Shown here piece after piece: positions 22,697 to 36,336 of a stretch of 64,000 nt of DNA. A model generated the notes under the pieces. The model did not search any database, had not been told where the DNA came from, and saw nothing but the letters and a program-made list of their open reading frames with translations. Location of the stretch: positions 29,394,401 to 29,458,400 of the forward strand of contig CM120641.1 of NCBI GenBank assembly GCA_051362555.1, read 5' to 3'. Made by a program: the position numbers and the translations under genes. This DNA is from Lingula anatina (lineage: Eukaryota; Animalia; Brachiopoda). Position 1 is the stretch's first letter. Each line of letters begins with the position of its first letter.

Positions 22697-25600
22697 TCTG
22701 AATTATAAGGCATGCGAAATACTTGCGCTATAGCATCGAATGTAATACAGCTGGCATGTTTACATGGAGATGCAATACCACAGCCAACTGAGACTCAAAT
22801 TGTTCTCATTTTCGAACATTAATTTTGCTTTCGGACTTTCTGAGAGGGTCCCATGGGAGAGGGGGGGGGGCGTTAAGACCACGGGAAATAAAACCAGCAA
22901 ATCACAAATCACAGTAAATAAGACTTTTATTCATATCTCATTGAAAATGCAAGCCCGGCAAGTTGAAAACCACGTATCGCTGAGTATAATGACTTCGTTT
23001 AACGACGAACGAGAAATAAAAATCAGCATTCAGATGCCGCTCTAAATAATATGAACGTTTAATGCATCTGGGGAAATAAAAAGTTGCTTTCACGGGTTAC
23101 AAAAATACCCAGTGGGACCCTCATTTAAATCTCCGTTTGAAACAAAGTGCCAAATCGACCGCTTTTATTTGGACTTTCTTGGCAAGATTTTCCGTAGTTA
23201 TTTGCCTTTGGTTCTCATAGACTTGAAATTAATATAACGGTACACAAAAACTCAATGCTTAAGTTTTAACAACATCTTTCAAAACAGCGCAAATGCCTTG
23301 AAATGATTTGACGATTTGAAGAACGAGTTTGCTTCGCGCAGCTCTTTTATGTTTAGCTGTTGTGATATATGTGTTGTAAGCCTTCAGTTTTAAATTCTCT
23401 AAAACAGTGCATTATGATACAGATAGATGGATGGTTAAAGGGATCTTGCTAAAGGTATTGAACGTTTGATAGCTTGCCACATGGTATAGAATGTGTAGTA
23501 TTTGATTTTTCTCAACTTTTATCATGACTATTTTCACAAAGGCAAATAAATACTTAGCCATAGCAAAAGATATTTTAAGAATTTTCAGTCTACGGAAATG
23601 ACAGATTTTATTTAAAGAAGAAGAAAATTATGAAGATGCCTTTAATGCAATGACTGCAATGCACAAGGGGTGATACTTTGACTTTAATTTTTCTCAACTT
23701 TTATCATGACTATTTTCACAAAGGCAAAGAAATCCTTAGCCATAGCAATAGATATTTTAAGAATTTTCAGTCTACGGAAATGACAGATTTTATACAAAGA
23801 AGAAGAAAATTTGCTGATTATGAAAATGCCGTTAATGCAATGACTGCACTGGACAAGTGGCGATACTTTGACAGTAGATTAATTGCCGCACAACTACCTC
23901 ATGATTGTTAGCAGATCTTTATCATAATTGTTGCCTGAATGCTACTCGAAGGCATGAATGATGCGAGAATGTTTTTTTTTTTTTTTTTTGATCCGCTTTG
24001 ATATGTCACCCTTGCTTCATTAAATGTCTTAAATTTCTTGAATTCTTGCGTTCTTGTCCTTTGTCTCTACAGTTAACAAAATAAACAAACGACAGGCCCG
24101 TTGCCAAAAATTTCAAAAGGGGGGGGTCTTTTTCTGAAAATCTTGAGCCTGAACGAACAAATAAGTAAAATTTATTAAATAGACAGTGAAATGGAAAAGA
24201 CATCGTGGTATGATGGGAGCAGACAAAAGTTTTTAAAACTTCTCTTATACGTGTAACTCACATGTAATATCAAACTAATTAGAATCATCAGAAGTTTACA
24301 ACTTACGTGAAACTAAGAGTAGTTTCAGTACCTTTAACATGGCGCTTGAGAGTTAGTCACCCGCAAGCCAGGTCACCGTCCAGCTGCCCTTTGAGACTTC
24401 CTGTTTCAAGTTTTGGCACAGATATGTCCAGAACCTTTGTTTTTAAAGCAAATGAACTCTAGACATTCTTCTCAATAAAAGAATTTTTATACACATCATT
24501 TCAAAATCCTCACCAACCTCCTTAATTCGTTAATTATTTAATTAATTATTAATAAATTCATTAATTTATCGGTGATCGGTGAATCCAGCAGTTGCAACGC
24601 TGCTCAGAAAAAAGAATGTGAAAAAGTTTTAAGTAAACTCTTATAGTGCCCTTACTGCTTTGGGTGTATATAGAGGCACAGCAATGTGGTGCACAAAAAT
24701 ACACATATCCTGTTTCCTGGATTAATCTCTCCTCCTATCTTATTATTAATAAATCAATCAAATTCATAATTTTAAAATTACCCAATCAACATTGGTTTCT
24801 TAGTCACCCTCTCTTTACTTGACGAGCGAAAATGTTCCCACTTAATTTCTGGTTGTTGGTTAGGTATAGCGACATCACACTGAAAAAAAGTGTAAATTAA
24901 GTGGACGTTAAAAAGTAATCAAAAAAATATAGACAACGCCTGTGTATAAAACGTCCCTTTAGAGATCAATTAATGCTCTTATCGCTTCACAAAGACCCAG
25001 TGGGGAGAAACGGAAATGACGTCACGACCAATTGGACTAAAAAATCTACTTCTCGGTCAAGATGGTGAATAAGATGCGCGTGTGTTTGTGCGTGTTTGTG
25101 TGCATGACGAAGCACACGAATAAAACGTCGTGCCTCAATATGAGAACCAAGCTTAGCCTCTTAGCCTCTACAAAATATCAATTAATGGGTCTCGCATAAG
25201 AATTTATTCTATCCAAATGGCGGATGCAGGAATTTTTGAAGGGGGGGGGGGGGGTCCGCGGATGCAAACTCGACCCCCCATTCTTGGTTTAGGGCCCGGG
25301 GACGGAAAAAATGGCATTTTACAGGGCGAACGGTGCCACTTGGTACGGTTTAAAACTTTGATTCAGCTTGCCCAAATTATAATTTCAAGAGGGGACCATT
25401 GATTTGATTTTTTTTCAGAAATCGAAGGGGGGTCAGGACCCCCCAGACACCCTCTAAAGCCGCTATTGCTTACTGAACCACTTTACCGGGTTGTTACAGG
25501 TAATTCGTCCGGGGGGAGACTCCCTTTCACTGGCCTCAAGGCACCCAAAAGTCAGCCATTTAGGTGACAATCTTACGTAATAGCCAAACATTTTTAGTGA

Positions 25601-26372
25601 GATAATTTCAGATGCTGTTATTTTCATTTTGTTTTACACTGAGTTTACGTTTGATTTCACCTGTGACGCTATAGGGCACGTTGAGAGCCAAAGCGGATAA
25701 CAAATTGGCGGTTTTAGCTGTGAGTAGTCTTAGCCATTTTAAACGTCCACTGCATAGTTGTGGTGCAGTCGTGAGACCTCTGGCGGAGGGAGCTACTACA
25801 TGTGAGCAGTGCAGTGGTTTGCTTACAAACAGAAGGGTCACATGTTCAAGTAATGCCGGTAAGAAATAATGTCTGGTGACAGTATAATTTTGTGCCATTG
25901 GGAGTTATGTCAGTGTGTCTGCCGTCCATGGGGATGGGAAATGTTTTTATAAATTCATGCAGTTTTGCAGGCATTTCTTTGTATAGTTGTCAAAGGGAAA
26001 TTATTTGGTGGTTTCTACCCTTGTGTGGCAAGTGTAACCCTAAAAATAGGTCATTACAATGACAGAATACGACATGTATAGGACAGACAAAATGTAGTTC
26101 TGCTAAAATACAGTGTATAAAAATTGTATTTCATTTTTTCCTCTTTGTTTCTGACATTTTTCCTGTTTTGTTAGAGTTAATTTTGGTGCCAACTAGCAGG
26201 CTAGGATGTTAAATATTGCATATTTTTTTTCCAGGACCAAGGATAGTTGTGTTGCAGTGTGGGACCTCTGGTGCAGGGAACTCCTAAATGTCAGCAGTGC
26301 AGTGGTTTGTTTACTAACAAGATAGAGAGCTGCCGGTAGGAGAATATTTATCCCATTTTTAAAACTAGCTCA

Positions 26373-26520
26373 AACCCTAACCCTAACACTAACCCTAACC
26401 CTAACCTTAAGTCTAACCCTAACCCTAACTTTAACCCTAAGTCTAACCCTAACCCTAACCCTAACTTTAACCCTTACCCTAACCCTAAGTCTAACCCTAA
26501 CCCTAACTTTAACCCCAACT
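26373..26520. repeat. Interstitial (TAACCC)n telomere-like tract with variants (also 33354-33501)
   Basis: TAACCC units interspersed with TAAGTC and TAACTT in a ~30-bp higher-order pattern. Confidence 0.95.
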
Positions 26521-26654
26521 TTTAAGTGTGACTGCTGTGAAAGTTAACCCCAACTTTTAAGTGTGACCGCAAAAGTTAACCCCAACTTTTAAGTAAAATT
26601 AACCCCACACAATTTAATAAATAAATAACAAACCAACTTGTTTATATAAAATTA

Positions 26655-28656
26655 TTATTTTTTATTATAATTATGATCTGGAGGGCATCTAATGGATTTC
26701 TGTGGCAGCTTGTCATGCATGCCTTTTTTGTACACAACTTTTTCTGGTCTAGAGTCATACATTTGATAGTTTCTTAGAACAGTTTTTATTCTGTTTTGCT
26801 TGCTTTTAATAGTCTTTTTAGAGTCTTTTCTCTTTTTCACTTGTGCATCTTCACTTTTCAGCTGGCATCGAACACGGGAATTGTGTGGAAGGCTGGCTCC
26901 AACATGTTCCAGTAGCTGCACTGTAGACTGACCTGGTCCATTGTTCACCTTGTGGACAGCACTGTGTATCCTGCCACTGAAATTCCTTGTCATATTTTGG
27001 GTTTGTTGATGTATAGGTGCGGTTAACTGCTTCTGCTTTTTGACTGTTACTATTAAATTGCTGAGAGAGCACTGCATTTCTGTCCAATTTGTAACCAATA
27101 CATTGTCTTAATTTATCTTTATCCTCATCAGTCATATGTAGCCTGTAGCCTTCTGGTAGCATGGGCTTGTTCCAATGGTGTCTTTTTGTGCCCTGACATG
27201 TGAAGGACTTGCCTCTTTTGCATAAGTCATGGTTTCCATTGTAACAGTCAATCATGGCATCAGTGGCATAGGTCAGTTTTTTTATCATCTTGTTCACATC
27301 TCCAGCACATGCATCATAACACAGTGACAATGTCATAGCACACTGACGCTTAACATCCTCATTGAATCTGTTTATCAGTTTTTCTTTCTCTATTTTCAGA
27401 TGTCTAGGAAACATCCCAGAACTCCATGATACTTTGGCCAGTGCACGTTTCTGTCCAAGACTGAGGTGACGGGTGTCTTTTAGTAGAAGCGGAGGGGTAT
27501 CACTTGTTGATGTCTCTGAGGTAGGTTGGAAACCCTTCAGTGCACGTGAATCACCATCCAGAATGCAGTACTTCACAAGTGTTGGCTCGTTGTCCTGCTG
27601 CATTTCCAACACACATGCCTGGGCTAGGTCAGCTTCATCGCCAATGCTGGAGTTAGGAGGTGCTGAAGCAGAGCAGTGGCCATGGTGATCTGGACATGTC
27701 ACACGCTGCCCCTTGTTTCTCAGTCTTTGTGCTGTAGTACAGAGTTTATTTTTTGTTGCCACAGCAATCACCTGTTTGCTCTTAGTTTGATTTTCAACTA
27801 CTGTATACACTGCCTGTGTGCCTGCCTGGAAGGGAGTTTTCCCTGCACCTGAATACAGGGGGTTATTATAACGTCCATCTCCCTCTACTCTGATGGGTGC
27901 GTCTCTGGGGAGGCCCATTACTTGGTTGTTCTCATGCAGCTGAGCCCGCCTTCTGGCCATGTCACCTCTGTTGGCTTCCACTATCTTGTCATGCACACTG
28001 TTTGTATGTTTCTGCATCCCACTTGTTGCTGGTACAGGGATGTGAGCTGACATCAAAATTCGCCGGCATGCAACATTTGATATCATTGTCTGGGACAGTC
28101 CAACTTGTATGGCTACATTAGGTACTGCTGCCTTGCACCCTGGTCCTTCTCTTGTCACCTCTGTGTACAGTTTTGTCTTTTTAGAGTGATAGCTGCATTT
28201 CTCACACTTCATTTCCTCCTTCCAACACAGTCCTCGCTTCTCCTCTTTGTTTGGGTCGAAGACAAGTCTGCCATCACAACCAGCACTGGTCTCTGCATGC
28301 TCTTGAAAGCAGTCATTAAAAAACTGCAGCAGCTTCCCCTGATGGTGTAGCTTGTAGACATCATCACTGACTGGTGGCTTGCCATCAGACTCAGGCTGCT
28401 GGACTGTGGCCTTTGGTTTTACTGGTCTCAGCAACCTCACTGGAGCAGGATTTCCATCAACATCATGGAGGCTGAGAGTGCCATCTCTCCTCACTGTCAC
28501 AAGGTCTTCATACTGAGTAGCACTCAGTCTGGTAAAGGGGTGACTTTCTTCTTTCCTCTGGTCTGCTTTTTTTTCACTGACACCTTGCCAGTACTGAGAC
28601 CCATAGGTATTGCCTGGCTAAAAATACCTTTTTCTGGCCTTTTTTCTTCCAGGCAT
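26655..28656 (-). pseudogene. DDE transposase, copy M1 (early nonsense codon plus C-terminal frameshift)
   Basis: Motifs EGDGRYNN, LDGDS and QKAEAVNR. An AAG-to-TAG change relative to M2 lies near 28619; the frame switches at ~26995. Confidence 0.85.
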
Positions 28657-29969
28657 TCTGTCTCCTGGCAACTCTAATTTTTTTTCTCCTCTAAGATGAC
28701 AGTATTTTTCACTCATGGACTTCAGACTAACTCTGTGAGCTGGTATGATTTTTGGCTGAGCTGGGGTCTCTTTTATACAGGGCAGCAGGAGGCCAGGCAG
28801 CAGGATGTTTGTGTTAGCTCCCTGTCCCTAGCCACCTGGCCCAGAGCCCCTACTGATTTCAACTCCCCAGGGAAAGTGTTTACACAGATGTAAACCTGGG
28901 AATTTTTTTTCCATGTGAGGAAGTGACACCTTGTCTTTTGTATGCAATGTTGGTTTTAGGTCTTAGATGTTTGGAATAATGCATCAGCATTTTTATCCAT
29001 TTATCTATGTATTTAGGGGGGTGGGGAGCTTAAAACTTTCCATAAAATGGTCATAGTAGGTAAATGTGTGTGGAAATATTTTTTTTGATTAGCTAAAGGA
29101 ACAAGTTGTTCATGTAAAAAAATTGGAAGTGATATATAGCTTTTTCATAAAATCACAGGTCTTCATATACCATAATTACTCTCATTTTTGTTGTAATTTA
29201 CAGGTGTAACACAGTAAATTGGACTATGTTTTTATTCTGCAATATATCAATAAGTACTGTTACAACAGACACCAAATTTTCCAGATATGTTTCAGGATTG
29301 CTGTTGAGTTTTTGGTGAATATTTCATAAAGATTGATTAAGTTTGAGCACTACTTTAAACCGGATATGTAGGTGGATTGTCATTTTGTTATTTTTGGTTT
29401 CTGGTTCTGGGCAGAAACTGATAAATCAGCCAATTAGCATCTGTTATAGACGAATATAGTTCATTCAGATAAAAATAGTGCTTTTTTTCATTTTTTTTCC
29501 TGGTATTTCTTGTGTGTTGCTAGGGTTAAATTTGGGATCAACTAGCAGGCCAGGGTGTTAACTACTGCCAGTTTTTTTTTCAGGACCAGGCATAGTTGTG
29601 GTGCAGTCGTGAGACCTCTGGCGGAGGGAGCTACTACATGTGAGCAGTGCAGTGGTTTGCTTACAAACAGAAGGGTCACATGTTCAAGTAATGCCGGTAA
29701 GAAATAATGTCTGGTGACAGTATATTTTTGTGCCATTGGGAGTTATGTCAGTGTGTCTGCCGTCCATGGGGATGGGAAATGTTTTTATTCATGCAGTTTT
29801 GCAGGCATTTCTTTGTATAGTTGTCAAAGGGAAATTATTTGGTGGTTTCTACCCTTGTGTGGCAAGTGTAACCCTAAAAATAGGTCATTACAATGACAGA
29901 ATACGACATGTATAGGACAGACAAAATGTAGTTCTGCTAAAATACAGTGTATAAAAATTGTATTTCATT

Positions 29970-32220
29970 TTTATGTACAGACACAGATGTGTCTGTACAT
30001 ATAGCCGTCACCTGCGTCTGTCGTCGCCGTTGCCGTTGCCGTTGCCGTTGGCGTGCACTTTTACCGTAAACACGATAAGTGGAAAACGGTTTTACGTTTT
30101 GATTTGAAACTTACAGAACTGATGAATATTCATAATATTCAGGTCAAGTTCGAAAATCAGCATGATCGGGCCATTTTTAGGGAAGTTATGCTGTTTTTTC
30201 ACTTTTTTCAGCATATATGCAACACCGTAAACACGATAAGTGGAAAACTGTTTTACCTTTTGGTTTGAAACTTACAGAACTGATGAATATTTATAATACG
30301 CAGGTCAAGTTCAAAAATTAGCATGATTGGGTCATTTTTAGGGAAGTTATGCTTTTTTTTCACATTTTCTCTGATTCAATTCTTAGGCATGTTAATAGTC
30401 TCATTATTGAACTAATAAGATATGTAAAAGTATTTTTTTGACATTTCCTGCATCTTTACAACATTGTTAGTTGATTATGTAAAAATGATGGTAAACTTGT
30501 TATCGTGTATTGTGTAATGAAGTGTCAAAAATGGAAATAAACACATATCATTGCAGTTTGTCAGATTCAATCATCCACTATGTTCAGAATCTCAGAATGG
30601 AGGAAATTGGACATTTAATACTGTTCTATTGATATTTTTCCCATCTCATCAATTTTCTTAGTTGGTCATATAAAAATGGCAGTAAACTGTTAATTTTGTT
30701 TTATGTTAAAAAAGTGTTAAAAATGGAAATAAACCCATTTCAGAAAAGTGCTGTCTTGTTTACATTTTGGCATTTTCAAGATGTGACTTTGAAGTTCCAT
30801 GGGCCTGAAGACCTTTGCTAGTCACATTTTCTGAATATCCATGATACTAATATTTTATTATTAAAAATTGATGGTCATTATGCTGTTAAACATTATGTAA
30901 TATTGCATCAAAATTTGAAGAAACCCCTATTTTGGGCACTGCTCCCATGATGACCATTTAAGGAAAATCATGTCACTTACTGTTCTCAAACTTACAGGAA
31001 AGAAACATGGGACTAAAATACAGCTTCAGTAGGCAATGCAGTCTGTTTGGTAATTTTTTCTGGCAGTTAAACAGTTTTTTGTGAAAATTTAATTTTTCAC
31101 ATATTGGCATTTTCGGGGTGTGACTTTGAAGTTCTATGATCCTGAAGACCTTTGCTTGTCACATTTTCTGAAAGTCCATGTTACTAATATTCTATTTTTA
31201 AAAATTGATGGTCATTATGCTGTTAAACATTATGTAATGTTACATTAAAATTTGAAGAAACCCCTATTTTGGGCACTGCTCCCATGATGAGCACTTAAGG
31301 AAAATCATGTCACTTACTGTTCTCAAACTTACAGGAAAGAAACATGGGACTAAAATACAGCTTCAGTAGGAAATGTAGTCTGTTTGATAAATTTTTCTGG
31401 CAGTTAAACAGTTTTTTGTGAAAATTTCATTTTTCACATATTGGCATTTTCAAGGTGTGACTTAGAACCTCCACGGGCTTGAAGACCCATGCTAGTCACA
31501 TTTTCTGAAAATCCATGATACGTATATATTATTATTAAAAATTGATGGTCATTATGCTGTTAAGCATTATGTAATGTTGCATCAAAATAGAAGAAAACAC
31601 AATTTTTGGTGCTGCTGCCATGATGACCATTATGGGAAAACCGTGTTACTTATGACTGTCAAACTTTCAAAAAAAAAACACAGGACTAAAATGCAGCCTG
31701 AGTTGGAAAAGCAGTCTAATTGGCTTCTTTTTCTGGAAGTTATACATTTTAGTGAAAAATTCATTATTATCGTGTTGGCATATTCATTGTGGGACTTGGA
31801 GCTCCCATGGACATGAAGCCGAATAGTAATCAAATTTTCTAAATGCCCATGCTATTTATAGTCAATAATCAAAAATTGGTGATAATTATTATATAATTTA
31901 TTATGTAATGTTACATCAAAATTGACAAAAATCTTTTTGCACTGCTACTGCAAACATTATGAAAAGAAAACTGTGTTACTTATTATTATTTTTAACTTAC
32001 AAGTATGATTTTTAGGATTGGCATGCAGTTCAAATTAGAAAGCCAGCTCAATTGGGTTATCTTTTATCATTGAATTCATGCAATTTTGTGTGAAATTTTC
32101 ATTTTTCTCATTCTGGCACTTTCAAAGTATAAACTTGAACTCTGATGGGCCTGAAGCCTTATGCTTTTACTTGCTTTTACAGTGCAGGTAAATTTTGTTT
32201 AATATTGCAAATAAGTTTTT

Positions 32221-32292
<72 letters not shown>

Positions 32293-33119
32293 AAAAAGAT
32301 TAAAAGTTTGAATGGCAGCATCATTGGAATTATATTTACCTCTGCCAAGGAGGTTATGTTTTCACCCCTGTTTGTCTGTCATCAGCATAACTCAAAAAGT
32401 TACGGACAGATTTTGATGAAATTTTCAGGAACTGTCAGAAGTGGGCAAGGAGGACAATGATTAGTTTTTGGTGGTGGTCCGGATCAATAATCAATCAATA
32501 ATAATCAACAATTGCTGTCTTGGCAGAGGTCTGCGCTCTTGGAGTGCTTTTCTAGTTTTGTTATGTTTTCCTTTTTAATTTTTTTCTCAAACACTGGCAT
32601 TTGTGACTTTTAACTCTTATCTGCCTGAGGCTCTGCACATTTTCTATATTTCCACATAAGCAGTTGTATTGTTTTTTATGTCTTTAAACATTATGTAATA
32701 TTATTTTATGCACTGTCATCATTTTTCAAATATTGAGACTTTCATCATGAGAATTTGAACTCTCATGGTCCTGAAACTGTAATCTTACTGAAGGGGTGGA
32801 TTGAGACCATCTTCTGGGTCTTCCGGAAGACGGTCAGGTTATTAAGTTTATATTGACTGGTATCTATTTTTTTCTGTTGGAAGACCATAAAAATGGAGGA
32901 TGGATCAACATAGATACTTTGGAATACTGTCAGAAAATATCTCTGGGTTCGCTCCTGTTATTGACCATGGTACCTGTTGTGCATGATTAAAATTTAGTGT
33001 TGACTGACAGTGCTATTATAAGCATTATTTATTATTGCATCAAAATTGACAAAATGACCTATTTTGCATCTTTATTTTCTGTTTTTTGTCTGTACATTTG
33101 ACAGCTTTGCTGCCTTGTT
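29970..33119 (+). mobile_element. Helentron-associated non-autonomous element (HINE-like) with internal tandem repeats
   Basis: subTIR ATGTACAGAC...GTCTGTACAT, (GCCGTT)n microsatellite, ~335-bp internal repeats and a 3' hairpin. It is absent from the paralogous T-run site at ~26133-26140. Confidence 0.8.
32335..32557 (+). mobile_element. Nested short HINE/Helitron-like element
   Basis: TTTACCTCTGCCAAGGAGGTTATG...CTTGGCAGAGGT subTIRs, a 3' hairpin and a CTAGTT end. Confidence 0.75.
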
Positions 33120-33343
33120 TCCTCTTTGTTTCTGACATTTTTCCTGTTTTGTTAGAGTTAATTTTGGTGCCAACTAGCAGGCTAGGATGTTAAATACTGC
33201 ATATTTTTTTTCCAGGACCAAGGATAGTTGTGTTGCAGTGTGGGACCTCTGGTGCAGGGAACTCCTAAATGTCAGCAGTGCAGTGGTTTGTTTACTAACA
33301 AGATAGAGAGCTGCCGGTAGGAGAATATTTATCCCATTTTTAA

Positions 33344-36336
33344 AACTAGCTCAAACCCTAACCCTAACACTAACCCTAACCCTAACCTTAAGTCTAACCC
33401 TAACCCTAACTTTAACCCTAAGTCTAACCCTAACCCTAACCCTAACTTTAACCCTTACCCTAACCCTAAGTCTAACCCTAACCCTAACTTTAACCCCAAC
33501 TTTTAAGTGTGACTGCTGTGAAAGTTAACCCCAACTTTTAAGTGTGACCGCAAAAGTTAACCCCAACTTTTAAGTAAAATTAACCCCACACAATTTAATA
33601 AATAAATAACAAACCAACTTGTTTATATAAAATTATTATTTTTTATTATAATTATGATCTGGAGGGCATCTAATGGATTTCTGTGGCAGCTTGTCATGCA
33701 TGCCTTTTTTGTACACAACTTTTTCTGGTCTAGAGTCATACATTTGATAGTTTCTTAGAACAGTTTTTATTCTGTTTTGCTTGCTTTTAATAGTCTTTTT
33801 AGAGTCTTTTCTCTTTTTCACTTGTGCATCTTCACTTTTCAGCTGGCATCGAACACGGGAATTGTGTGGAAGGCTGGCTCCAACATGTTCCAGTAGCTGC
33901 ACTGTAGACTGACCTGGTCCATTGTTCACCTTGTGGACAGCACTGTGTATCCTGCCACTGAAATTCCTTGTCATATTTTGGGTTTGTTGATGTATAGGTG
34001 CGGTTAACTGCTTCTGCTTTTTGACTGTTACTATTAAATTGCTGAGAGAGCACTGCATTTCTGTCCAATTTGTAACCAATACATTGTCTTAATTTATCTT
34101 TATCCTCATCAGTCATATGTAGCCTGTAGCCTTCTGGTAGCATGGGCTTGTTCCAATGGTGTCTTTTTGTGCCCTGACATGTGAAGGACTTGCCTCTTTT
34201 GCATAAGTCATGGTTTCCATTGTAACAGTCAATCATGGCATCAGTGGCATAGGTCAGTTTTTTTATCATCTTGTTCACATCTCCAGCACATGCATCATAA
34301 CACAGTGACAATGTCATAGCACACTGACGCTTAACATCCTCATTGAATCTGTTAATCAGTTTTTTTTTCTCTATTTTCAGATGTCTAGGAAACATCCCAG
34401 AACTCCAGGATACTTTGGCCAGTGCACGTTTCTGTCCAAGACTGAGGTGACGGGTGTCTTTTAGTAGAAGCGGAGGGGTATCACTTGTTGATGTCTCTGA
34501 GGTAGGTTGGAAACCCTTCAGTGCACGTGAATCACCATCCAGAATGCAGTACTTCACACGTGTTGGCTCGTTGTCCTGCTGCATTTCCAACACACATGCC
34601 TGGGCTAGGTCAGCTTCATCGCCAATGCTGGAGTTAGGAGTTGCTGAAGCAGAGCAGTGGCCATGGTGATCTGGACATGTCACACGCTGCCCCTTGTTTC
34701 TCAGTCTTTGTGCTGTAGTACAGAGTTTATTTTTTGTTGCCATAGCAATCACCTGTTTGCTCTTAGTTTGATTTTCAACTACTGTATACACTGCCTGTGT
34801 GCCTGCCTGGAAGGGAGTTTTCCCTGCACCTGAATACAGGGGGTTATTATAACGTCCATCTCCCTCTACTCTGATGGGTGCGTCTCTGGGGAGGCCCATT
34901 ACTTGGTTGTTCTCATGCAGCTGAGCCCGCCTTCTGGCCATGTCACCTCTGTTGGCTTCCACTATCTTGTCATGCACACTGTTTGTATGTTTCTGCATCC
35001 CACTTGTTGCTGGTACAGGGATGTGAGCTGACATCAAAATTCGCCGGCATGCAACATTTGATATCATTGTCTGGGACAGTCCAACTTGTATGGCTACATT
35101 AGGTACTGCTGCCTTGCACCCTGGTCCTTCTCTTGTCACCTCTGTGTACAGTTTTGTCTTTTTAGAGTGATAGCTGCATTTCTCACACTTCATTTCCTCC
35201 TTCCAACACAGTCCTCGCTTCTCCTCTTTGTTTGGGTCGAAGACAAGTCTGCCATCACAACCAGCACTGGTCTCTGCATGCTCTTGAAAGCAGTCATTAA
35301 AAAACTGCAGCAGTTTCCCCTGATGGTGTAGCTTGTAGACATCATCACTGACTGGTGGCTTGCCATCAGACTCAGGCTGCTGGACTGTGGCCTTTGGTTT
35401 TACTGGTCTCAGCAACCTCACTGGAGCAGGATTTCCATCAACATCATGGAGGCTGAGAGTGCCATCTCTCCTCACTGTCACAAGGTCTTCATACTGAGTA
35501 GCACTCAGTCTGGTAAAGGGGTGACTTTCTTCTTTCCTCTGGTCTGCTTTTTTTTCACTGACACCTTGCCAGTACTGAGACCCATAGGTATTGCCTGGCT
35601 TAAAATACCATTTTCTGGCCTTTTTTCTTCCAGGCATTCTGTCTCCTGGCAACCCTAATTTTTTTTTCTCCTCTAAGATGACAGTATTTTTCACTCATGG
35701 ACTTCAGACTAACTCTGTGAGCTGGTATGATTTTTGGCTGAGCTGGGGTCTCTTTTATACAGGGCAGCAGGAGGCCAGGCAGCAGGATGTTTGTGTTAGC
35801 TCCCTGTCCCTAGCCACCTGGCCCAGAGCCCCTACTGATTTCAACTCCCCAGGGAAAGTGTTTACACAGATGTAAACCTGGGAATTTTTTTTCCATGTGA
35901 GGAAGTGACACCTTGTCTTTTGTATGCAATGTTGGTTTTAGGTCTTAGATGTTTGGAATAATGCATCAGCATTTTTATCCATTTATCTATGTATTTAGGG
36001 GGGTGGGGAGCTTAAAACTTTCCATAAAATGGTCATAGTAGGTAAATGTGTGTGGAAATATTTTTTTTGATTAGCTAAAGGAACAAGTTGTTCATGTAAA
36101 AAAATTGGAAGTGATATATAGCTTTTTCATAAAATCACAGGTCTTCATATACCATAATTACTCTCATTTTTGTTGTAATTTACAGGTGTAACACAGTAAA
36201 TTGGACTATGTTTTTATTCTGCAATATATCAATAAGTACTGTTACAACAGGCACCAAATTTTCCAGATATGTTTCAGGATTGCTGTTGAGTTTTTGGTGA
36301 ATATTTCATAAAGATTGATTAAGTATGAGCACTACT
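33344..36336 (-). mobile_element. Mutator-like/Kolobok-type DDE transposon, copy M2
   Basis: Near-identical to M1; TTAA at 33340-33343 and TCAA at 36337-36340. Confidence 0.65.
33636..35637 (-). pseudogene. DDE transposase, copy M2 (open for ~550 aa, then the same frameshift as M1)
   Basis: Likely start MPGRKKARK at 35637 with TATAAAA at ~35753-35759. The conserved tail RNFSGRIHSAVH...NGPGQS is in another frame after STNPK. Confidence 0.85.

Larger units (their letters stand above)
19230..25752 (+). repeat. Segmental duplication copy A1 (direct repeat of ~36340-43024)
   Basis: Collinear with A2 at an offset of ~17.2 kb; ends at aaacgtccactg. Confidence 0.9.
26363..29354 (-). mobile_element. 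Mutator-like/Kolobok-type DDE transposon, copy M1
   Basis: TTAA at 26359-26362 and 29355-29358; imperfect TIR sharing GCTCAAAC; contains the transposase. The boundaries are inferred. Confidence 0.65.

Noticed and set aside
26373-26520. True chromosome end or head-to-head fusion site
   Set aside because: The tract is short, single-orientation, degenerate, and duplicated together with the transposon.
26990-27005. Programmed -1 frameshift at C CCA AAA in the transposase
   Set aside because: A -1 slip hits TGA immediately; the conserved tail is in the +1 frame, so a deletion is the simpler explanation.
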